In this document: positions 57,285 to 64,000 of the stretch, piece after piece
Layout of the letters: each line of letters opens with the position of its first letter
Position numbering within the stretch: the stretch's first letter is position 1
Assembly (NCBI GenBank): GCA_034669905.1
Contig: JAXMOL010000022.1
Span: 32,001 to 96,000 of the forward strand
Length of the DNA stretch: 64,000 nt
Direction: 5' to 3'
From: Candidatus Hydrogenedentota bacterium
GTDB taxonomy: Bacteria; Hydrogenedentota; Hydrogenedentia; Hydrogenedentales; JAEUWI01
Program-made: the position numbers and the translations under genes
Notes under the pieces: generated by a model
Told to the model about the DNA's origin: nothing
Seen by the model: the letters and a program-made list of their open reading frames with translations, nothing else
The model's database searches: none

Positions 57285-58820
57285 TCAGCGAAGGAGTATC
57301 AGGGTGGTGGCTTCATACCAGGCCGCCACATACAAAAATACCGCCGCTATGGCCACCGTGCCGACCAGGGTCAAAAAGGCCCGGGGCAACTGGCGCGCGG
57401 CCTCTTCGATAACCGGGACCTCCGCGGCCTTATCCCCGAGGTACCAGACCTGCACAGGGGACCAGACGAACCGGGCGGCTGCGATAGCCCAGACGAGCAT
57501 CCCAAAGGCTGCCAGCACGTACGGGGGCAGTTCCAGTGCCAGGGTAATGGCGTGATAGGTCATACCCGACGCAGTGCCCGACCAGACGGGTGCCATGGCA
57601 AAGCCCACCACCACGAAGCTGGCAAAGGTTTTGAGCACCCCCACGCCAAGCAAGAGCAGTGAGGGCAAGGCCCCCAACATGACGGTCTGCATGATGAAGT
57701 TGTTCTGGAAGGTGGCCTGGGCGGCGCGGGGAATGTTACCCGACTTGTAGGCATCGCCCACATATTGGAGCCCCCCTTCAGTAAACTCATGGGAGGCAAA
57801 CTCCGTAAAAAGGTAGTTCATCTCCACATCCTGCATGCCCACGGCCATGGCCCAGAAAAAGGCACCGAACAGTGTAACATGGAGACTCCAGAGCAGGCGG
57901 CGTCGCAACTCGATCTCCTGGAACACCACATTGAAAAATCCAAGGTTCCATAGCGTCAGATAGCGAAAGAGCCCCATGAAACAACAGGTTGCGCCAATCG
58001 CCACCACCAGCAGCGCCCCCCACACCCCCCAGGCGATATCTCCACGGGTCATGGGCTGACCGCCGTAGACAACGGGCAGCACGCTGTCTCCCTCTTCCTC
58101 TGGGACGGGAATGAGCTCGGCGACCCGCGCTGCTCCGGTCAGGTGAACCGTTCCCGTGTCCATGCTATGGGAAGCACTCAAGGCCGTGCGGAGCGCTTCG
58201 TCCTCCGGCATGACAAAGGTCTTTACAAAACCCGAGACATAGGGGTGCAGACGCCCTACCACCGTGTAGGTCACCCCATTCAGTTCCAGGGGGCGCTCAG
58301 AGAGCAACGGTCCCGCCAGGACTTCCGGCTGTCCGGGAACCGGAAGACGTCCCGAATCCAGCACAGGCTCAAATACGGTAGCATCCCCGGCAAACATGAC
58401 CAGCCGCGCACGGGGCAGTAGGGCCTCATCCAACATATCCGTCGAAGACAGGGCCACCACAGGCGACTCCTCCCGCAACTGTTCCGGGGCCTTCTTTTCC
58501 AGGTCAATCATGCGCAGAAGATCACGTTGCACCGTCTGGGCAAGTTCGCTGTCCCCCACGCTCTGCTGCGGTGTCAGTTCCCAACTCCACACCGTGATGG
58601 CTTCTGCATCGTCTATCGTGTAATCCACCGTGCGGATCGCCCCATGCCACGGTGTCTCCGCAAGCCAACGCTGCTCCACGGCATCCAACACAAACAACCC
58701 AATCAGCGCCATACCGATGAGCAGAAATCCGCCGCCACACAGACGGAGGGTAGATTTCTTTACCGCCGCGGCAACGGGGCCCCGTTGTTCTACTTCACTC
58801 AAATCAATTCGTCCCTTCAT
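57285..58820 (-). CDS. Membrane protein with C-terminal SpoIIM-like domain
   Basis: TM, periplasmic segment (LDSGRLP..EVLAG..TYTVVGRL), then TFQNNF..HAITLALELPPY..AAWYE. Confidence 0.65.
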   Translation of the reverse strand: MKGRIDLSEVEQRGPVAAAVKKSTLRLCGGGFLLIGMALIGLFVLDAVEQRWLAETPWHGAIRTVDYTIDDAEAITVWSWELTPQQSVGDSELAQTVQRDLLRMIDLEKKAPEQLREESPVVALSSTDMLDEALLPRARLVMFAGDATVFEPVLDSGRLPVPGQPEVLAGPLLSERPLELNGVTYTVVGRLHPYVSGFVKTFVMPEDEALRTALSASHSMDTGTVHLTGAARVAELIPVPEEEGDSVLPVVYGGQPMTRGDIAWGVWGALLVVAIGATCCFMGLFRYLTLWNLGFFNVVFQEIELRRRLLWSLHVTLFGAFFWAMAVGMQDVEMNYLFTEFASHEFTEGGLQYVGDAYKSGNIPRAAQATFQNNFIMQTVMLGALPSLLLLGVGVLKTFASFVVVGFAMAPVWSGTASGMTYHAITLALELPPYVLAAFGMLVWAIAAARFVWSPVQVWYLGDKAAEVPVIEEAARQLPRAFLTLVGTVAIAAVFLYVAAWYEATTLILLR

Positions 58821-60210
58821 TCACCTGCAAGTGGGTTACGGTTTCGTGAAACAATTCCGTAAAGTAGGCCTCCACGTTGGGGCCAAACCAGCTCATAGCG
58901 CCCGTCTCATAGTTGAGCGGCGTCTCAAGATAGTATTCATCGGGCGAGAAATAGCCACAATAGGTGGCGCAAAAACTGAGGGTCCAGAGATCGAGACCCT
59001 GTGCCGCCGCCCAGGCCTTCCACGCCACACTGGTCTCGCCACTAAAGTCGAAAGGCATCCCCACGAAGAACAAATCACCCACACGCACGCTGTGAATCCA
59101 CCCTTCTCGCTTCAGTCCGATGAGGCGTGCCGCAACAGGTGACAGGCGCCAGTGGGTATTGTCTTCCAGAGGGCGGACCTGAAAAGGCGGCATGCCCACG
59201 GGCACGCCCACCGAGGCGATATCCAGATGCGTATTAAATACCAGCGCGTCGTCATTCGCGAGAATCAACTCCGCCAGGCCCTGTCCCATGGCGACCACTC
59301 GACTCGCGGCATCTTCTGCCTGGGGTGCCTGGGGGCCCATGGAGCCCACGGCACCGCCGAGATACTGGGCGTCATGGCGGGTCTCGCCCTCAATATGACG
59401 CATAAGTTCACCGGGGTACTCGGCACTGAATTCCATCATGTCGCCCCCGAAAATCGTGGGGTGTGCGGAAAAACTACTCAGATAGACGGTATCCCCATCC
59501 TCCTGCCGGACCACCAGAAAACTCAACTCCGGGTCTACGGTGCCACCGTCCCGCATCCGATTGCGGATATAGGCTTCGGCGTCCACACTCCCCGAGGCGA
59601 GGGCGGCTGGCTCCAATTGCTGTGCCGCTTCCACGATGGCATCGCCAAACTGGGTGACCAGAAATTGCACCAGCCCCGGATCGAACTCACCACCCGACAG
59701 GCGTGAGGCCAGGCCCGGCATAAAGGCACCGGGACCACAGTGGGTATGGCTCGCGTTAAACAATACCTGATGGGCATCCAGTCCGGCTTGGGCGGCCACG
59801 TCGTTCCGCACCGCGTCAGAGAGATTGGGCGGAATGATGAGCATGTCGGAGCCCACCAGAACGACCGTATCCAGTCCATCGCTGAGCGCGAGGGCACGAA
59901 CATAGAGGTCATCCCGCACGCCCTGAGATTCTTTCCCACCGGGCCGGGCCGAATACCCGCCCATGGGCGTTCCCACGGGGGGCGTAATGAGGCGCTTGGA
60001 CCAGCCCGCCTGCAATTTTCCCGGCTCCGAGGACAACGAATTCTGCGCGGCGGTCGCCGCAATGGCCGCCTTGGCCTCCCGGTAGTATCCCTGTTCTGTG
60101 TAGTTGCTGTCGCCGTAGGTGGGCCAGGGTCCAATAATCAGGACAAAGAGTACCGCCACCACGACGGGCGTCGTCAACAAGGCAATGAGAATTTTCTTTT
60201 TTCTGGACAC
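58804..60210 (-). CDS. Neutral/alkaline ceramidase N-terminal-domain protein
   Basis: AGWSKRLITPP..MGGY, DDLYVRALAL, NASHTHCGP, FSAHPT, SAEYPG; GTG start with GGAGG. Confidence 0.8.
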   Translation of the reverse strand: MSRKKKILIALLTTPVVVAVLFVLIIGPWPTYGDSNYTEQGYYREAKAAIAATAAQNSLSSEPGKLQAGWSKRLITPPVGTPMGGYSARPGGKESQGVRDDLYVRALALSDGLDTVVLVGSDMLIIPPNLSDAVRNDVAAQAGLDAHQVLFNASHTHCGPGAFMPGLASRLSGGEFDPGLVQFLVTQFGDAIVEAAQQLEPAALASGSVDAEAYIRNRMRDGGTVDPELSFLVVRQEDGDTVYLSSFSAHPTIFGGDMMEFSAEYPGELMRHIEGETRHDAQYLGGAVGSMGPQAPQAEDAASRVVAMGQGLAELILANDDALVFNTHLDIASVGVPVGMPPFQVRPLEDNTHWRLSPVAARLIGLKREGWIHSVRVGDLFFVGMPFDFSGETSVAWKAWAAAQGLDLWTLSFCATYCGYFSPDEYYLETPLNYETGAMSWFGPNVEAYFTELFHETVTHLQVNEGTN

Positions 60211-60232
60211 GTGCGCACACCTCCGTAGACAT

Positions 60233-60258
60233 AAAAAAAGCGCGCCCGAAGGCGCGCT
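60233..60258 (-). terminator. Rho-independent terminator after Na/Pi symporter
   Basis: AGCGCGCC-cgaa-GGCGCGCT with A7 on + strand. Confidence 0.8.
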
Positions 60259-60317
60259 GATTATCATACGTGACAGGGTTTCCAGATTAAAGTTCCCCCA
60301 ACGGGGAGCCGAATCGC

Positions 60318-62813
60318 CTAGGAGCGGACATCCGTCACGACGAGGATTCGGCTGGAACGCTCGGCAATATTCACCAGGTGATCCCCCACCCGCTCCAAGT
60401 GCGCCAGGGCGTCCAGGTAAATCACCCCGGTCTGGACTTCGCCACCGCCCGCGTCAAGACGTTTCACATGGTCATCCGTCAGACGCTTCATCAGGGTCTT
60501 GAGGCGCTCATGGATACGCACGGCCTCCTCCACACTCGCCGCGTCGCCCTGCTCCAGCATCTGATAGATGGTCTCAAACTCGGCGTTCAGGTTTTCCTGA
60601 AACTCCCGAATGCCGGCGCGATCTTCTTCCGAGAGCTTCAGGCTGTTTTCCTTCAACAGGCGGTGCAGCTCCACCTGGGCCTCCGCGTGGTCGCCCAGTC
60701 GCTCTGCGTCGTTCACGGCGTGAACCAGCGCGGGAATAAGGGCCGACTCGTCTGGATCCAGGTTCGTGCGCGAAAGCTCCACCAGATAGCCGGTAATTTC
60801 GTGCTGCAGCTTATCTATGACATCTTCGCGGGCCAGGATGGACTGGATAAGCCCCTCTTTGTCTTCGCAAAGCAAGTCGCACGATTCATTCATGGACTTC
60901 TGGCCTTTGTGCACCATAAACAGGACTTCTTTTACGGCCTGTTGAAGGGCGATCGCGGGCGCGGTCAATAACTTGGGCTCCAGATATTGCAAGACCGAGT
61001 CCCGTTCAGACTCGCGCACCGGAATGAGGAACATACAGACCCGTGCCATCACGCCCGTAAAGGCCACGAAGAGCAGCACGTTAAAGATATTGAAGACCGT
61101 GTGGGCGTTGGCCACGTGGCGCAACAGGTTTTCACTTTCTCCGTGGAACACGGCGCCGGGTGTGAGCCAGTCGATAAACCCGAGAAAGACCGGTTGACCG
61201 CCCCATAAGGGAATAAAAAGCAGGATGTACATATAGGCGGCACCAAAAACATTGAACAGGGTGTGGGCCAGCGCCGTACGGCGGGCATTCCGGTTGGTGC
61301 CGATGGCCGCCAGGTTGGCAGTAATCGTGGTACCGATGTTGTCCCCCAGGATGAGGGGCACGGCCGTGTGGAATCCGATTAGCCCCTGGCTGGCCAGCGC
61401 GAGAACCAACCCGACGGTGGCCGAACTGGATTGCACCACCACCGTGGTGATCGTGCCAATCAGAATACACATGAGCGCCTTCCCGGCGGGAATCATGCCA
61501 CCATCTACCGGCGTGCAATCGAAGAGCTGAAACCAGGCCTGGAATTCCGGGCTGTAACGAAGGGGTTTCAAAATGCCGCCCATGGTCTTCATTCCGAGGA
61601 AAAGCAATCCGAAGCCCAGCAAGACCTGGCCAAAGAATTTCCAGTTCTGCTTTTTAAAGAACATCATGAAAAGCAGGCCAATGGCAATGGCCGGATAGGA
61701 GAGGGAGTCCAACTTGAAGGCGATAATCTGGGCCGTGACCGTCGTACCGATATTGGCGCCAAAAATCACTCCGATCGCCTGCTGAAGGGTCATCAACCCG
61801 GCGTTCACGAACCCGACGGTCATCACCGTGGTCGCGCTGGAAGACTGTACCATGGCGGTCATGACGGTGCCCGCGAGCACGGCCATGGCCCGATTCCGCG
61901 TCATAAACTGCAGGAAGCTCTTGAGGCGCCGGTCGGCCATGCGCTGCAGGCCCTCTGACATAAGCTTCATACCGAAGATAAAAATTGCCAACCCGCCAAA
62001 CAACACAATCGCCATCTGTCGGCTATCGGTTCCCATCGCCTCAAAGGTTATGCTGCGCACATTGAAGCGCTCATTCGGCCCCACGTTGGTCCGATTGTCG
62101 ATGACTTCCACATCGGCAAAGTACCGTTGAATCTTGGTGCCCAGCGTCCAGGTCGTTTCCGCACGGCCTTCTTCGTCACTGAAGACACGCTCGGATTTCA
62201 CCTTGGCGCCTTCACCGTTGCCCACGACCCGGAAACTTACTTCCACCCCTTCGGCGGGACGGCCATCGGGCTCGATGAGTTCCAGACCAAAAGACCCCAC
62301 ACTTCCGCCGGTATTACTTTCCAGTTGCTCGCCGATGCGCTTAATCCCCGCCACCGCGCGGAATTCCACCTGCCCGAGGTCCGGGTACTCTGGCAGAAAG
62401 GCCCGTACGATTATGTCCCCCGGTAGTTGACCGACGCGGAGAAGGGCCCGTGCACTACCGGCGGAGTCGGTAACAACATCCACAACGGGCTTTCCGGATT
62501 CTTCAAATTTTGCCCCATTACCGGGGTTTTCAATTTCGAAACGGACCGTCTTGCCGACCGCCACCCCGCGAGAACCTTTCCCGCCCAGGAGTCCTGGACG
62601 GACCGCGCCTTCCACAACGACGCGAAAGGGCTTGGGCAGGGTTTCACCATAGAGCGCCACCTGGTGGTTGCCGGGGGCATGTTTGTCCAGGCTGATTTTG
62701 TCCGGTTCAACCGGCTCGGAATTGCTACAGCCCGAACCCAACCATCCCCCCACGATGAGTAAGAGCATCATGCCAGCGATTCGCAAATAGGAATGTGAGG
62801 AGGAGGGAATCAT
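60318..62813 (-). CDS. Na+/Pi cotransporter (NptA/SLC34-type) with N-terminal Ig-like extension and PhoU-like C-terminus
   Basis: Two QSSSAT repeats, GANIGTT/GDNIGTT, AHTLFN, ERLGDH/ERVGDH; about 260-aa N-terminal beta-rich region (TDSAGSA, SDEEGRAETTWTLG). Confidence 0.92.
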   Translation of the reverse strand: MIPSSSHSYLRIAGMMLLLIVGGWLGSGCSNSEPVEPDKISLDKHAPGNHQVALYGETLPKPFRVVVEGAVRPGLLGGKGSRGVAVGKTVRFEIENPGNGAKFEESGKPVVDVVTDSAGSARALLRVGQLPGDIIVRAFLPEYPDLGQVEFRAVAGIKRIGEQLESNTGGSVGSFGLELIEPDGRPAEGVEVSFRVVGNGEGAKVKSERVFSDEEGRAETTWTLGTKIQRYFADVEVIDNRTNVGPNERFNVRSITFEAMGTDSRQMAIVLFGGLAIFIFGMKLMSEGLQRMADRRLKSFLQFMTRNRAMAVLAGTVMTAMVQSSSATTVMTVGFVNAGLMTLQQAIGVIFGANIGTTVTAQIIAFKLDSLSYPAIAIGLLFMMFFKKQNWKFFGQVLLGFGLLFLGMKTMGGILKPLRYSPEFQAWFQLFDCTPVDGGMIPAGKALMCILIGTITTVVVQSSSATVGLVLALASQGLIGFHTAVPLILGDNIGTTITANLAAIGTNRNARRTALAHTLFNVFGAAYMYILLFIPLWGGQPVFLGFIDWLTPGAVFHGESENLLRHVANAHTVFNIFNVLLFVAFTGVMARVCMFLIPVRESERDSVLQYLEPKLLTAPAIALQQAVKEVLFMVHKGQKSMNESCDLLCEDKEGLIQSILAREDVIDKLQHEITGYLVELSRTNLDPDESALIPALVHAVNDAERLGDHAEAQVELHRLLKENSLKLSEEDRAGIREFQENLNAEFETIYQMLEQGDAASVEEAVRIHERLKTLMKRLTDDHVKRLDAGGGEVQTGVIYLDALAHLERVGDHLVNIAERSSRILVVTDVRS

Positions 62814-63074
62814 TCAAAGTACCCAAAATACACGTTGGTTGAAGGCGAAATTGCCCTTAACTGTCTGAAAATAAGTCAGACCGATGAACGGAGGAGAAGT
62901 TGGCCCGTCTGGTTGGCACCGCGAAATGTTAGCATCTCATAAGCTCTGGCATCAATTTTTGTTAGGGACAGAACACAAAATAGTTTCCTTGCCTTTCGTG
63001 GGCAGCGCCCGTTAGAATTTTCCCAACGATCAGTCTAATCCATTCAAAACAAAGCACTTATATAGAAGGCACCT

Positions 63075-64000
63075 ATGATTGACCTCCGAAGTGACACCCT
63101 GACTACCCCGTCCGAGGAAATGCGCGCCGCCATGGCTTCTGCCGATGTGGGCGACGATGTTTTTGGCGAAGACCCCACGGTAAACCGGCTGGAAGCGGCG
63201 GCGGCAGCCCTATTGGGCCACGAAGAAGCCCTCTTCCTGCCCTCGGGAACGATGGCCAATCTCGTGGCCTTCGTGGCCCAGAGCCGCCCCGGCGACACGG
63301 TCATTCTCTGCGAAGATGCCCACCCCTACCGCTTTGAAGGGGGAAATTTCGCGCGATTTGGAGGACTGCTCCCCCGCCTCCTCCCGGGTGTCGACGGCAA
63401 GCTGTCGGCAGAAGCCATTGAAGAGGCCATCGTGCAAAAGGACGATCCCCACTTCTCTTTAACGAGTCTGGTAAGCATCGAGAACACGACAAACCTGGGC
63501 GGAGGCGCCTGTTACGCTCCGGAGGAGGTGGCCGCTATCGCAGCGCGCTGCCGGGAGTCCGGACTTCGCCTGCACTGTGATGGTGCGCGTATTTTCAACG
63601 CGGCGGTTGCCCAGGAAGTCGCCGTGGAGGCCCTTGCAGCCCCCTGTCACTCGGTGAGTTTCTGCCTCTCGAAAGGCCTTGGGGCGCCCGTGGGCTCGCT
63701 ACTGGTAAGTGATGCCAAGACCATTCATGGGGCGCGGCGCATTCGCAAGCAACTCGGCGGCGGCATGCGTCAGGCAGGCGTCCTCGCTGCGGCGGGGCAC
63801 CATGCATTGGCCCATCACGTAAACGACCTGGCTGAAGACCACCGTCGGGCCCGCACCTTTCGCACCGAACTGGAGTCTCGAGGAATTCGATTCCTCCGCC
63901 CCTCTCCCACCAACATTCTCTTTATGTATGCGGAGGACGCGGAACACGCGGTTGCACGGCTGGCAGAGGCCGGCGTCCGCTGTCTCGCGACGGGTCCCCA
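63075..64000 (+). CDS. ltaE: Low-specificity L-threonine aldolase (truncated by window end)
   Basis: Hand translation [61 protein letters not shown]; no stop in window. Confidence 0.93.
   Translation, partial: MIDLRSDTLTTPSEEMRAAMASADVGDDVFGEDPTVNRLEAAAAALLGHEEALFLPSGTMANLVAFVAQSRPGDTVILCEDAHPYRFEGGNFARFGGLLPRLLPGVDGKLSAEAIEEAIVQKDDPHFSLTSLVSIENTTNLGGGACYAPEEVAAIAARCRESGLRLHCDGARIFNAAVAQEVAVEALAAPCHSVSFCLSKGLGAPVGSLLVSDAKTIHGARRIRKQLGGGMRQAGVLAAAGHHALAHHVNDLAEDHRRARTFRTELESRGIRFLRPSPTNILFMYAEDAEHAVARLAEAGVRCLATGP

Noticed and set aside
210..62762. Long antisense ORFs (e.g. 210-1103, 10863-12245, 22979-24337, 30171-31238)
   Set aside because: Shadow ORFs opposite well-supported genes, expected in GC-rich DNA

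Overview
A GC-rich (about 60% by eye) diderm bacterial chromosome segment that is mostly housekeeping and metabolic genes. These include a SMUG1-type UDG, prpD, an OprO/P porin, sthA, tatBC, ihfB/HU, hisF-hisI-trpE-trpG, pepP-efp-accB-accC-amaP, envelope glycosyltransferases, a GcvT-like oxidoreductase, GH106, larE, sodN, a Na/Pi symporter and ltaE. I saw no tRNA, rRNA, CRISPR array, transposase or intact integrase. Standouts: (1) a ~365-nt gene-free stretch at 50321-50683 with its own near-consensus sigma70 promoter, paired ends and more than 12 helices, which matches no housekeeping RNA I recognise and is a candidate undescribed large ncRNA; (2) a mosaic array of constant-length (103 bp) GGGAC...GTCCC inverted-repeat units plus covarying hairpins, present in the same order on both sides of a czcI-C-B-A-like metal-efflux cassette; (3) a stand-alone serine-recombinase DNA-binding-domain gene with its own promoter, RBS and terminator but no catalytic domain; (4) a possible His/Trp leader peptide ahead of hisI-trpE-trpG; (5) unusual domain fusions (NiSOD plus a Cys/His domain, Ig-like domains plus a Na/Pi symporter, CxxCH repeats on a CzcB). 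All calls come from reading motifs by eye; no searches or folding programs were run.
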